64,000 bases of DNA from Eledone cirrhosa. Taxonomy: Eukaryota. Position 1 is the first letter of the stretch. Every line of letters begins with the position of its first letter. The position numbers and the translations under genes are program-made. Below the pieces are notes generated by a model, which did not search any database, had not been told where the DNA came from, and worked only from the letters and a program-made list of their open reading frames with translations. The stretch is taken from the NCBI GenBank assembly GCA_964016885.1, contig OZ024745.1, positions 25,296,001 through 25,360,000 of the forward strand, in the 5' to 3' direction. This document shows positions 31,078 to 45,689 of this stretch, piece after piece.

Positions 31078-31261
31078 TTATTCCGGGTTGAATCGGAGGT
31101 AACCACAGTAAGTAAGGTACTCAATACATAGCAGAGTATAACAGTTTTAATATAGATGAGATTCTACAGGACTAGAACTGTTTCATTCATTAGAAATCAT
31201 CAGGAATCAGATTCCTGATGATTTCTAATGAATGAAACAGTTCTAGTCCTGTAGAATCTCA

Positions 31262-31268
<7 letters not shown>
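31078..31268. mobile_element. HHR family B fold-back element; complete HHRs at 31160-31208 (-) and 31210-31258 (+). Related pieces at 30210-30345, 30899-31050, 42916-43029, 49250-49385, 50880-50937.
   Basis: GATTC-CTGATGA-TTTCTAATGAAT-GAAA-CAG-TTCTAGTC-CTG-TA-GAATC, with a shared tail GTATTGAGTACCTTACTTACTGTGGTTACCTCCGATTCAACCCGG. Confidence 0.85.
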
Positions 31269-31300
<32 letters not shown>

Positions 31301-31487
31301 AAGGAAGTGTGGTAAAGAACCAGATGGACCATAACGCACCAGAGTACTCAATACTTAGGGTAGTCGAGTAGGTAAAAGGAAAATGTTTAACTCCGATGGC
31401 AGAGCTTAAGCCGTTTCGACGGGTATTTCTGGACCAGAAATAGCCGTCGAAACGGGTTGAGCTCTGCCGTCGGGGTTAAACATTTTC

Positions 31488-31596
<109 letters not shown>

Positions 31597-32029
31597 TGTG
31601 TGTATGTATGTATGCTGTATATGGATGGATGTATACATGTATGGATTATGCCATTGTGTGTGTTTGTGTGTGTGTAGCTATGTTGACGTCAAACGTAAAA
31701 TGCCCCGTAGTGTCTGAAACTCCAACAAAAGAGTCTTTTCTCTCTATAAGTGACTGACTTTTATTTTTTTATCTGAAACTTTTTGTCAAATATATACTTT
31801 ACAGTGAGTAATAATATAAAACACATACACATATACACATACATGAGTGCACACACACACACAGTCGCATACATACATGCGACATACATACATAGTACAT
31901 CGTATATTCATGCATTCATATAAACATGCATACATATATGCATACATAATGCATACATACATACGTACATGCAAACATAGATACATCTATCTCTACATAA
32001 TACATAAATACATACGTACATACATGATA

Positions 32030-32297
32030 ATGGCTGCCCCCTCGTTATCGAGTATGGCCATTGCACAATATGACATTATTAATAATTATTAATTAATTCG
32101 TGCAATGCGTGTGCGTGAAGATTTTTTTTAAAGTGAGGAAAGACTATGCACTGAGCCAATCCCACTCTCTGAGATACAATAGCTATAACCCGAAAAGAAG
32201 AAAAGATCAACATCATCGGTTTCCTGAGTTGTCTTCTCCTAGAAGAATGCCCTGACAACGGCTAGGGGTCCTTCACTCCCAGTGGTTTAACCGCGCA
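32030..32297 (-). mobile_element. 5'-truncated copy of the RTE-derived element
   Basis: ATGGCTGCCCCCTCGTTATCGAGTATGGCCATTG end is shared with 54841 and 52447-53002. Confidence 0.75.
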
Positions 32298-32525
32298 TCT
32301 AATAACTGCATATACACATGTACAGATACAAAGCATATACACATGCACACATACAACTCAAAACATACACATCCACATATACAATAACATCCATATCTAC
32401 ACATGCATACATAATCTACCTAGTTGATGTTGTGTAAATTCCAACGAGAGAGTCTTGTGTCTATGTTAGAAACCGACTCTCTCTCTATTGGGAAAAAAAA
32501 TTGGGAAATTATAAAATCAGAAGAA

Positions 32526-32719
32526 CATACATACATACAAGAAGACAGAATTTCAATTATACATACATACAAGAAGACAGAATTTCAATTATACATACAT
32601 ACAAGAAGACAGAATTTCAATTATACATACATACAAGAAGACAGAATTTCAATTATACATACATACAAGAAGACAGAATTTCAATTATACATACATACAA
32701 GAAGACAGAATTTCAATTA
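32526..32719. repeat. 32-bp minisatellite (6 copies)
   Basis: TACATACATACAAGAAGACAGAATTTCAATTA. Confidence 0.95.
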
Positions 32720-34192
32720 TTTGCGAACGTTTGTGTACGTCACTCAGTACAATACCAGTGGTAAGAAACTCTGAGGAGAGCGGGGCAGTAGAAGGTCTTC
32801 AGAGAAGAACCCCTCCCCTCAAGAAAGTGTTTTGGCCTTTAACTGCTTACACTCCAAGGGAGTCGGGCCGCATCCAGGTCATAATTCCTGGGTGCCCTTC
32901 AGCTGCCATTTAGTCATTCGGATATTGGATATTTGTTGTCTATTTAAACCGTATGGCGATTTCGTTGACAGGATCTAGCTCGAACTTATCTCAGTTGCCT
33001 CTGCATTCAAACTTATATAAACGTAGAGGTAACGGAAAGGAGTTCCAGCTAGATCTTGTCAACAAAATAAATCTCCATACGGTTTAAATACAAAAACTCT
33101 TCGATATTCGAATTAACTATCTGATCAAAATGAATATCATTGGTTCCCTTGAGTTATTTTCATTGACTCATTTCATTTGTTTTCTAATGTAACTTATACT
33201 GGTAAATAATTATTTGTAATATATTTTCTCTCTATAAAAACTGGCCAACTTTTAAAGCAGGCTTAAGTATATCTATATTTTGCTGATAAGTTGTAAGAAA
33301 CTCTCAAGAAAGCTGGACAGCAGTGGGTCTTCAGAGAAGAAACCCCCGCCAACAAGCAAGTGTTTCGGCTCTTAACTTATTACACTCTAAGGGGGCCGGG
33401 CTGCATTCAGGTCATGATTCCTGGGTCCCCTGATAAGTTCAGTAACAATGAAACATGTCCATAATTGTCATTTGCCTTTAAAAGGTTCTATTTGGAGAGA
33501 TTAATTCTTATATTCTTAAAATTACCTCCCCCTTTCTTTGAAAGTCACAAACAATTGCCGCTAGGCTTGTTTCCTTTCTCCAACCCAAAGGATAATTTCA
33601 ATAAGGTTATAGATTTTTGCTTACGTCATTTAATACGCAATTTTTAACTTATTACTCTAAAAAACCATGTCATTGGCCCACATGAGTTATTTCCCTTGGA
33701 TATTTTTATTTTTTTAATTATACATTCAGAAATAGTTCTGTAGGAACCGATGTGACAGTTGTAGAGAAAGGTCAGGCTGGTAAACGGCGCCTAGTCACGG
33801 GATCGAGTTAGTGCAATCATTGGTGTCAGTATATATATATACATATGTATGTACACACACATACACACACACATACACACTCACACGCACACACACACAC
33901 ACGTACGACCACATATACACATGAGTAAAATTCTTGCAAACGTATACACTGAAATGTCTTCTCCCATCAACGCGGTATTTGGAGACTGTCAAATGGTGAA
34001 ACCAGTTAATTAGATGGTGTATGATGGTGTGCCTTTTGTATCTTTGTATATATATATGTATATATTTCTCTTCACATATACATATATACGTGAGTCTGTG
34101 AATGTATGTGTGTGTGTGCGTGCGTGTGAATATCTGTGTGCGTATGTATGTATATATGTATGTATATGTGTATGTATAGGTATGTTTGTTTG

Positions 34193-34284
<92 letters not shown>

Positions 34285-34869
34285 TATATATATATCTATA
34301 TCCAATTGGTGAAATATATTTCTTTAATGGAATATATACAAGGAAGATTAATCATATTATAGGGTATCTATTTTTGAAGTTCTAGTTAACTTTATTTAGT
34401 TACCTACCTAGCTATGTGTGCTTGCACACTTGTACAAATTATCACCTGTGATTGTTTCATATGTTTATTTATATGTTAATCAATTTCTAGTTGTTATAAA
34501 TATATATATATATTTTTTCTATTTGTTATTATTAACGACTGTTTAGTTCAAAGTTTCACCGAAGCTACAGGCTTTTCAAAACGTTACTTGCATTATAGCA
34601 TTAAGTAAGTTTAGGTGAATGATAATAAGTAAAGAGATGACATACAGAATTTGAATAAACAAACAATATGGAGGAGATGTGTGTGGGAAGTATTTACCAC
34701 GCATTAATTTAGTCACGTTGTAAATAAATCTCTTATTTTATTAACTGTTGAGGTCGAACATCACGTGTGACAAACAACTCACGCTATCATTATTTTACAA
34801 AATTATATTTTTAAAGACTAGGTCTAGTCATGCGTAAATTATATTATAATTACTAATATATTATCTATC

Positions 34870-34933
<64 letters not shown>

Positions 34934-35309
34934 CATATAAAAGAGCGACAGTGGGTGGGTGGGTTGTTAAGGAACGTAATTTATACAAACATTGTCCTTA
35001 TATACAGATAGTGATAGATAAATTTTCATTTTAAGTCTTCTACTGTTACCACATTTTACTGCATTGCACGGAATACAAAAATACATATCGGAAATTATTA
35101 TAAGTGATTATGGTGTTGGATGCCAGGAGCAGCAGAACATATTGCAAAATGTTACTGTTTTATTAATTATCATATCGTATTCCACTTGTGGTGGGGATGA
35201 TAACAACGTTATCATCCCCATGTGTCCTTGGAAAGATGGTTGCAGCGAGATTAGGTGATGTGACCAGTAGTTTTTGTAGTAGGTGACCACAGCTTAAGGT
35301 TTAGCTTAG

Positions 35310-35440
35310 TGTTTCTGATGAAGATGGTCAATCGAACAGGAATTTCGAGACTAGAAATAGGTAGTAACTTAACCAATACCATGCTAGTCGATACATTGAT
35401 CTTCCACGATCAATCAACCCTCTGAAACGATCGTAAAACA
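35310..35440 (+). ncRNA. Type I hammerhead with a branched stem II of about 100 nt
   Basis: TGTTT-CTGATGA-AGATGGT...ACCCTCT-GAAA-CGATCG-TA-AAACA, with internal hairpins GACTAG/CTAGTC and ATTGATC/GATCAAT. Confidence 0.78.
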
Positions 35441-35491
35441 ATGAACTAATTATCTACTTACCTCCGACTTTTGTCTTGTTTTCATTGTTCG

Positions 35492-35606
<115 letters not shown>

Positions 35607-35614
35607 CATACACT

Positions 35615-35790
35615 CAGTGAAATTCTGTTATAACGAAATTCACGGGGTATTAAAAATTCGTTGTAACGAAAAATTCTTTATAACGAGATCGACCTGACAC
35701 ATGGAGTTTGTGACCAGGCCGGGATTGAAAAAATGTGGTTATATTGAAAAATGCGTTATAATGGTATTCGTTATAACGGAATTTTACCTG
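35615..35790. mobile_element. Tigger/pogo-like MITE
   Basis: TIRs CAGTGAAATTCTGTTATAACGAA / TTCGTTATAACGGAATTTTACCTG. Confidence 0.75.
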
Positions 35791-36068
35791 TATAAATTAT
35801 CATACATTAAATTGATTGTTGGTTAACCTATATTTGTACGGTGAATGTGTTTTGCATGTTTACATGTAATCAAATCAAAAGATATCTGCTATTATAGGCA
35901 CCTTTATAACTGTACGTTTGGCATTATTTAAAGGTAAACATATATTGTTAGTTTTCTACTATCAGTTCACCTGTTACGAATGAGTGATTTCTTTCTTACC
36001 AGTTACTCTAGGATTGTAAACAAAACAAGTGTAAAAAGAGACGAAATAGGCAGACCTTGGTGGAAAAC

Positions 36069-36175
<107 letters not shown>

Positions 36176-36176
36176 T

Positions 36177-36215
<39 letters not shown>

Positions 36216-36261
36216 GTGTGTGTGTATATATATATGTATGTTGTGTATATATATATGTATG

Positions 36262-36294
<33 letters not shown>

Positions 36295-36319
36295 ATACAT
36301 TTATATATATATGTATATA

Positions 36320-36361
<42 letters not shown>

Positions 36362-36378
36362 CATATATATATATATAC

Positions 36379-36455
<77 letters not shown>

Positions 36456-36532
36456 CGTGTGTGTGTGTGTGTGTCTGTGTGCGTATATATATATATGTTA
36501 TTGAATAAAGTGACAGGAGGCCGGATTGTGAG

Positions 36533-36576
<44 letters not shown>

Positions 36577-36594
36577 ACTGTGAGTGTGTGTTTG

Positions 36595-36627
<33 letters not shown>

Positions 36628-37372
36628 TAACATTTAACTATATTTTTTATCATGCTACCTCAAGATTACCGGTTTCCAGTCTCATTTATATTTTAATAAG
36701 TCTACGCTTGTGTGATCAAAAACGTTCTAATTTTTTGGCAACAAATCATTACGCTATGTTGAATAACAGGAAGTTGTGGGCGCCGCATCCAAACTGTTCA
36801 CAATTGTAGCTTTATCTTCTATTTCTATTGAAAAGTTATTTGAAATGAGATATAAAGAAGATGTAATCATTTCGAATGGTCATTGAAGTTACAATGGTGG
36901 GTTGAGCCAGCTGACACCACTCTCTTGTTGTATCTTCTTCATATTCTGACAGAAAGAAAATATTTATGTTTTGCTTTGCGCTGACTAAACAGTAGTTAAA
37001 GAAAAGTGTGGTTGTGTTGGTGAGGGTTGAAATTAATTGATGTTATTTTTAAGAATGGGGTAATAGTAATTCCAAAGAATCCTAACCGGCCTAAGCGAGG
37101 TGACAAGGGTTCTAATTATCATAAAAAATGATGTGATATATAAAAGTACAAATAATATATTATCTGTTTAGTAAAATCTGAGGAAACTGGTGATGTACAG
37201 CATCGGTGAAAAACGTAATATAAATAGTTGAAAGAGTGGAGTAAATGTTATGTAGTGAGAAGGTAAAAGTGAAGTTAGACGTTTTGGCAAGAACCCTTCG
37301 TCATCGGAGAAAATGTCAATTTGTGTTAAAGGATACATATATTGGGATTAGTGAGAGAAAGAGAGAGTGTGT

Positions 37373-37539
<167 letters not shown>

Positions 37540-38169
37540 TGAAAGGATAACAAGGACGATTGGTTACTCCTTCATTACATTTATTGGTAGGTGACGCGCG
37601 TTTCGCCACTGATCAGCTCAAGGTTCGATCTGTATCGACCTTACCCGACTCTATAATATATTACATCGAGTGCTCACCCGGGTGAACCTGCAATAACTCC
37701 AAGTTACACTCCCTAGCTATATATATATATATAGAAAGAGAGGGAGAAACACACACATACACAGGCAGTCACACACACAGACAGACACACAGACACACAT
37801 ATATATACGTACACACAGACACAATCGTGAAGTTGCGAGTTCGATCCCCGGACCGGGCGATGCATTATGTCCTTGAGTAAGACACTTTAATTCACGTTGT
37901 TCCTTCTGCCACGCGTTGCGATCGGTAGATAATATTAGCAATTGGAAAGACCAATGGAAACATTGTTTCTTCGGTCCGATTTGACGAGCTCCACTCCACT
38001 CGGCAAGTGAAAGAGGTCTGAGATCTTGTCGACCAACATTCATTAATGTTATGCGATTTGCATTCTGTTCTTATGAGATTTTTTGATGATATCTTCATCT
38101 ATTCTATAATTACTATGTCAGTGTTTCGTGTAATAGATTTTATATCTTTTGTGTATTATCACTGAGTAT

Positions 38170-38500
38170 AGCATGGCTTAGTAGTTAGAGCGTATGGCTT
38201 ACAATCTTGAGGTTGTGAGTTCAATTCTTGGACCGGATTTGCGTTGTGTTCTTGAGCAAGACACTTTATTTCATGTTGCTCCAGTTTACTCAGAAATGAG
38301 TTGTGACATCACAGGAGCCAAGCTGTAAAGGCGTTTTCCTTTCTCTAGGACAACATCGGTGGCATGGAGAGGGGAGACTGGTATGCATAGGTGACTACTG
38401 GTCTTCCAGAAACAACATTGCCCGGACTTTTGTCTCGGAGGGAGAACTTTCTAGGTGTTAATCTCATGGTCATTCGTGACCGATGAGGGTCTTTGCCCTT
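38170..38500 (+). mobile_element. CORE-type tRNA SINE (also 61767-61910 and partial 37825-37905)
   Basis: GCATGGCTTAGTAGTTAGAGCG A box, GAGTTCAATTC B box, TGTGTTCTTGAGCAAGACACTTTA CORE. Confidence 0.85.
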
Positions 38501-38662
38501 CTCATTTATATATATATATATATATATTTTATTTAGGTCGTTTTGGAAGCCTCAACAATGTAGATGGGTAATTCTCCGAGTAACAAGATCCGATGGTGAA
38601 GAGAGAGATGTAAGTGAATGTAGAATGAGATGTATAGTGCGTAGAAGAACGTAAGAAAGAGC

Positions 38663-38735
<73 letters not shown>

Positions 38736-39065
38736 GAATATTTACGGAAAATGTTTTAATAACTTAAAATTCAGTCAACACGAGCAATCATCACCATCAT
38801 TAATACCACCACTTTACTCTCCTTCTCTGCCTCCTACTCCTCCTCCAGTTCCTCTACTCGAGTCCACCACCACCTCCTCCACCCCGTCTTCCTCCTCTTA
38901 TCTTCATCATCATCATCCAACCAACAAGGGAACCATTTACGTGCTCTGTTAACCTGTTAGGACTCAGCATACTATTGTTGGAACAGTGCTGGGATGTACT
39001 GTGCCAACAATAGATCAGGGAAGCAACATCTGTCAAATACACACACATACGTACACACATGCACT

Positions 39066-39102
<37 letters not shown>

Positions 39103-39601
39103 ACACATACACACACATACACACACATATTCACACATATATACACATACACACATATACAGACTCGCTCACACACAGACACATACACATACTTAAACAT
39201 ATACAAACACTCACTCTCACCTACACATACACATATTTATACACATACAACTCCCCCCCCCCCAACACATATACATATACTCACATTTACACACAGGAGA
39301 CTCCACACGCTTAGATCCACCACACGAATTCACATACACTCCCACACACGCATATGCGCACAGACGCTGAAACACGCACACACACGCACGCACACACACG
39401 CACACACACACACACATATATATATATACATAGACAGACTCCTACGCACACGTACACATAATCCTCACACCGCTCACACACATAGACATACACACAAACA
39501 CACATAGACAGACTCCCACGCACACGCACAGACCCTTCCCCTCACACACTTAGAGACATACACAAATACACACAAACACACTTAAACTTAAACACACACA
39601 G

Positions 39602-39653
<52 letters not shown>

Positions 39654-40517
39654 TCACATACATACAGGCACACACATAAACACACACAGACACACATACA
39701 CTCACACACACATTTACCCCTACATACATACGCAGCCAGCCACCCACGCACACAACCTTGAGATAAAATGACAAGATAGCCCAATGAAAAGAACCTCTAT
39801 TTTATTGTTTGAGATCTCTCTTTACATTATTGTTATTTGAACAATGACTTTAGTTTCAGTCAGAAAGATGTTCGTCTAAAATAACTTCCGGTTTTAACTT
39901 TAGACAGAGAAAACACAAACCAAACTATTATTCATGAAATAAAATTATAATAACGAAGAAAAACAAACAAATAATCAAATAAACAAGCAAAAAAGAAAGA
40001 AATAAAAAATATAAAAACAAAGCACATAGTATATTTTAATCGCTTTATTTTGAATTTAGCAGCATTTCTGAAAATAGAAGAATTTACTTTAATTCACTGC
40101 AAAAGATCTGTCCTCTAGTAAAGATACTATAAACATTTAAATTAACAAACCACATAAAATCACATTAGCAAGACATCGTTGAAAAGTACAAAACAGGACT
40201 AGGACTGAGTCACATAAAAAGTATAGTCTTTTCTCTAATACTGAAAATCTTTGCAGTGATCTCTCCACTAGTAAATGTATTATAAATTATTAATAATTAA
40301 AAACGGAAAAGGAATGGCAAGGCAAGGGCTCTAGGGTCACAGAAGAATGGGAGGGGAAAGGAAACTACAATCTCTATAGATGTCTGTGGTGGGGTTTGTT
40401 AATGAGTGTGAGAGTGAAGGACTGTTGATGAAGATTTAAAGAAATGACCTACAAATATCCAATATGAAATCAAACATATGAAATGTAATATAATTTCAAG
40501 GCACAACCTAAACATAA

Positions 40518-40582
<65 letters not shown>

Positions 40583-40938
40583 CGTATATATATAGAATCA
40601 TTAGAACATCTGACTGATAAAATGACAAGTCAGTCAATCATATTGGTGGCCTCCCCACAGCCCCGGAGGACGGCAAAGGAGACGCGCTGGAAAAAACCAT
40701 TCCGGCTCGCGAGGCTCACACCTATGGCTGTAAGTAATTGTCTCTATTTAATACATACAGATCTTATTATAAGTCATACGGAAAACCTTACTCTATACTT
40801 ATTTCTGTTCTACCACATCACTTTATAATCATTTTTAGGCAGTGTTGTGTTCGATTTTATTTTTGTCCAAACATTAAAATTGATATTTGATCTATCCCCA
40901 AACATATATATAAATGCATATATATAAATATATATATA

Positions 40939-40980
<42 letters not shown>

Positions 40981-41846
40981 TAAAATTAGTCCGTTATCAG
41001 TGATCTTCCAACCGTCATTGGTATTTCTTCGCATTAAAGATCATATACCTCTGGCTGGTGCGAACAATAACTAAAGAAAGTTATTGGGACACGTAGAATA
41101 GGGTGAAGTGAGCGAGACATGTAAACAAACAGAGATGGTAATGCAACGGAAAGAGAGGAAGAGGAGAAACAAGTCCGTGATATCTGTGAACTTAAGTTCG
41201 ATCAAATCAGACGAGGAGAGATAAAGACAGTCCGAGCCGAGTGAGATGTAAGCGAGAAAAGGATTTCACACAGGTCAAACGGGAGGAAGTGAGAGAGGGG
41301 GAGTAGCAGACTAACAAAGTAGAATACTAACAAAATTAAAGATGTCACGTCTGAGAAGATCAGAAAGATGCGCCATAACATATATATTTTAATTATTAGT
41401 ACAGATTAATGTTTAATATCAATTATGATATTATCTGCAGCATTAAAAGAATGCTTATAGCCCAAAAGTACCGCTCCCATAAAAGTGTCGCCCGGGGCGG
41501 ACCGCCACGCTTTAGCAACGCTAGTGACTGGCACGTGTGCTTTTGTCACCGATGCTTGACATACAGGTCACGAATTTATATAATCACTCCCATCCCACCC
41601 CACACCACTCGCTCCACACTCGCTCCGTCCCGGACCTGGTACAGGTGTGTTTGTGTATTATGATATTGTGTTTTGTATGACCTTGGATTGAGTAACAAAG
41701 AGTTTTATCTTGTACTTTGATTTTAAAGTTAGATGTTGTTGTTGTTGTTTACTTTTGTATTTATTTTATTTATTTAGTTGGAAAATTGGTGGCAGGTTGA
41801 CTGGACAATATCAGCCTGCGATATATATATATATATATGCGTATAT

Positions 41847-41962
41847 ACTGGGTGGCGCAAAAGTCACGCACCACCAAATAATCGTCATATTATGAACATC
41901 TATCACATTTACTTTAAGAAATGAAAGTATTAGTGTACTGGTGCGTTACTTTTGCGCCACCC

Positions 41963-41965
<3 letters not shown>
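41847..41965. mobile_element. Tc1/mariner-like MITE (related single end at about 14378)
   Basis: TIRs GGGTGGCGCAAAAGTCACGCACCA / TGGTGCGTTACTTTTGCGCCACCC in a TA context. Confidence 0.8.
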
Positions 41966-42002
<37 letters not shown>

Positions 42003-42199
42003 AAAAAAAAGGAAAAGAATGACTTCACTTGTCGTGTTAAACATTTTTTTAATTTAATTTAATTTTATAATATTATGATTTGGTAGATCTAGTAAGTTCT
42101 TTGTTAACTTCAGTGGAAAGAATTTTAGAGATTCCTGGTTAACTTGGGTTGGAAAACTTTCCCGCATTCGTCTGTCTGTGGCGATTGTCAAACTGAGAT

Positions 42200-42256
<57 letters not shown>

Positions 42257-42275
42257 AAAATATAAAATAAATAAT

Positions 42276-42463
42276 TGTTTCTACGTTTTGGCACAAAGCC
42301 AGCAATTAACCAGTGCATTACTGGTACTTTATTTTATCGACCCCGTAAGGATGAAAGGCAAAGTTAATCTCGGTGGGATTTGAACTCAGAATGGCAAGGG
42401 CCGTAACTCTATGCGTCAAAGCATGGCGTCCGACCCTCTACCGATACTGCCAATCCACCGCCC
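42276..42463 (-). mobile_element. Full-length Meta-like SINE with a 19-bp target-site duplication
   Basis: AAAATATAAAATAAATAAT at 42257-42275 and 42464-42482. Confidence 0.9.
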
Positions 42464-44984
42464 AAAATATAAAATAAATAATGAAAAGCAATAATAGGAA
42501 ACTATATTTAACGGATATAGATTAATACATTTCTAAAACAGAGTCTGCTTCATCTTTATTCCATTTAAAATTCTTAAAATACCTCTATAAAACACCTATC
42601 CTACTTATATGGAATGGAAATTAAACGAAGAAAAGTAAAGAAGATAATTTTATTTAACAGATAGAGGTAGAGATTAATACATGATATGTGGAGCACCTCA
42701 GTATCGTCTCTGTAGTGTCTCTTACATTATTTCTTAGCTATTCTTACACTATTTTATAGCAGTTGTTATTATTTTTGTTGTTGCTTGGTTTTGGTTTGTT
42801 TTCAAATAAGAACATGGTCCATTTGTGAAGACTTATAGGAAGAAAAAAAACTGAATACTTTAGTCAGTGGCTATAAACTTATCAAATACATAATTGTTTG
42901 TAAACCACCAGGAAATTCCTGATGATTTCAAATGACACAGCCCTAGCCCTGTAGAAATCATTTCTATATGAAATAATGTACATTTTCTATTAATGTATTG
43001 AGTACCTTATCTAACTGTGGCTCCCTTCCGTTTGTCACCGGAAAACCATTCATAATTATATATATACGTCTGCTTCGAAAAATTACATACACTATTCTCT
43101 CAGTGAACAACATGGGGTGATGCTAATTTTGTTGTCACTCGTGTTAAGAACTTGAGAGACGAGTCTATGTCCACCTGGATAGGACGCCAGTCCATTAGAG
43201 ACATGAAAAGAAATCTTAAGATATATAGTTCCATTGCATTCAGCCAGAGGATTCTTTTCACATTTAACTAACTAAATAACTGATGAATCCCGGACATAAC
43301 ATCATGCCAACAGCATATCATCAAGTTAGTCATCTTGTTCTAATCTGTCTTCCTCCTTCTCATCACCATCGTTGATTCAACTTCATCCTCTCTAACCTTC
43401 CTTACAACTTCACTTGGGGTTTAACATATTCCAGATTCTGAACATTTGGCAATATTGGTATGATTAGTTATAGATATTTGTGAGTACAACGATTCCTTCA
43501 GGTTAAAGATATGTTAGCTAGCTGTATGGCTGTGATTTTATCAGCCAGCCCTTCAATGTTTTGAGACTTTAGAGAGATTCATTATAACTTTCTGGTTATA
43601 ATGGTGCCAGGTATATACTGGTGATGGTGTCTGATGGAACATTAGATCAGTTGTGATTTAGATGTCAAATAGATATCTTTCAGATTGTGTTTTCCTCTTC
43701 TGTGGATTTTGGCAGCTGATTTTGAAAAAATGTCTGATAAGAGAATGTTCTTGCTGATGGATTGTGGGTCTGTTAAGTTGTTACTGTGACGTGTGAAGCG
43801 GTTTAATCATTGCTAGAGTCGCCGATGATGCTAATTACTTCGTATAATGTTTTACTGCTTGCCTTGTGGTTTATATTAGATGCAAATGTTTGCCAGTTTC
43901 TATTTTTTCTTAGGTTCTTTTTGTTGAATATGGTGTTGGTATGTTATGCTAAATGTTTTCTCTAGATTTTATCAAGTCGGCTATTTCAGTTGTATAATTG
44001 GGGTTATATTTTTTTATTTTGCTTTCAGAGGTATTTTTTTTATGGAAGTTATGTTTAATTATTTTGTTGAATGTATGAATGTACCTCAGTGTCTTCGTTG
44101 GTGATTGTGGTGGTGGTGTTGAGTTGTGAATCGCTAAAGATTTTTCTTGGTGAAAATGATTTCTCAAGGCTTTTTCGAAGTTCATGAAAGTATTTCTATT
44201 TTTGATAAGGATCCATTTCTATTTTATTTTATTGATGTGTGGGTGTGTTGTGATGATGATGACAGAAAAAATAGAATTGTGGGACTGTTTGTCATGTGAT
44301 TGTGGAGCAAAAGTTGCCGTCTAGGGAGCTGTGGTAGTTTGCTAGGTGAGTTATGTGGGTATGTTGACATGGGAAATTTAGAATACAAAGAGAGTTTAGT
44401 TCTAACACTATTGCCCACCCCATCTATTATTATTTGTATTGTTTTTGTACCAAACGACAGTTTTATTAACATGTGAAGTCGGGGGTGGCTCATTATATCA
44501 AAATACTATCAGCTGCTTTCTCTTTTGTCCTACATATTTTAATTCATATGTGTGGGCGGTATGCATGTATATATATATATATGTATAAATGTATGTGTCT
44601 ATGCATGTGTATATATGTATGTTCTGTCACTAATTAAGCCATATCGGTCGTATTATTTCCTTCAGCTGATGATATAAACTGGGTCTCATTGACCAAGTTT
44701 TTTTCCTTTCTCTCTCTTTTATGTTACTTTTTATTTATATATTATATATTAGTATTTCTCTTCGTATGATAAACGTTATCGTCCTTACCTGCCTCTACCA
44801 TCATCCTTCAATCAACCAATTCACCACTACCAATACAGAATTCCTCTTAAAACATCACTCACACCTTCATTTAGTTTTTGGGGTTTTATTTATTTTTTGT
44901 TGTTGTTGTTTTCTTTTTGAACATTCATCCTACAACCTGCTACCACGTTGGCACTTTCCACTTAACCCTTCTAAAGTTGTCATG

Positions 44985-44987
44985 CTG

Positions 44988-45021
<34 letters not shown>

Positions 45022-45029
45022 CACCACTG

Positions 45030-45090
<61 letters not shown>

Positions 45091-45184
45091 CACCACCACC
45101 ACCACCACTACTACTACTACTACTTCCTCTACCACCACCACCACCACCACCACCACCACCACCACCACCACCACCACCACCACC

Positions 45185-45225
<41 letters not shown>

Positions 45226-45233
45226 CACCACTG

Positions 45234-45312
<79 letters not shown>

Positions 45313-45445
45313 CACCACCACCACCACCACCACCACTACTACTACTACTACTTCCTCTACCACCACCACCACCACCACCACCATCACCACCACCACCACC
45401 ACCACCACCACCACCACCACCACCACCACCACCACCACCACCACC

Positions 45446-45528
<83 letters not shown>
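44985..45528. repeat. (CTA)n/(CCA)n compound trinucleotide repeat
   Basis: Directly visible. Confidence 0.97.
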
Positions 45529-45689
45529 AGGAAGTGTGTGTATGACATGGCAGGCGAGAGAGACGGGGGTGTAGCCATAGTCATGAGATTCTACTTCACT
45601 AAAAGGACACTTATTTGTAGTCATTAGCTTCTTTGGTTGGTAAATGAAGGGCAATGGCTGTGGGGTCACAGATGAATGGGAGGAGGAAG

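Noticed and set aside
32526-32719. CRISPR-like 32-bp periodicity
   Set aside because: No unique spacers; eukaryotic minisatellite
44660-44705. CTGATGA followed by a hairpin
   Set aside because: No GAAA or stem III follows, so it cannot be called a hammerhead
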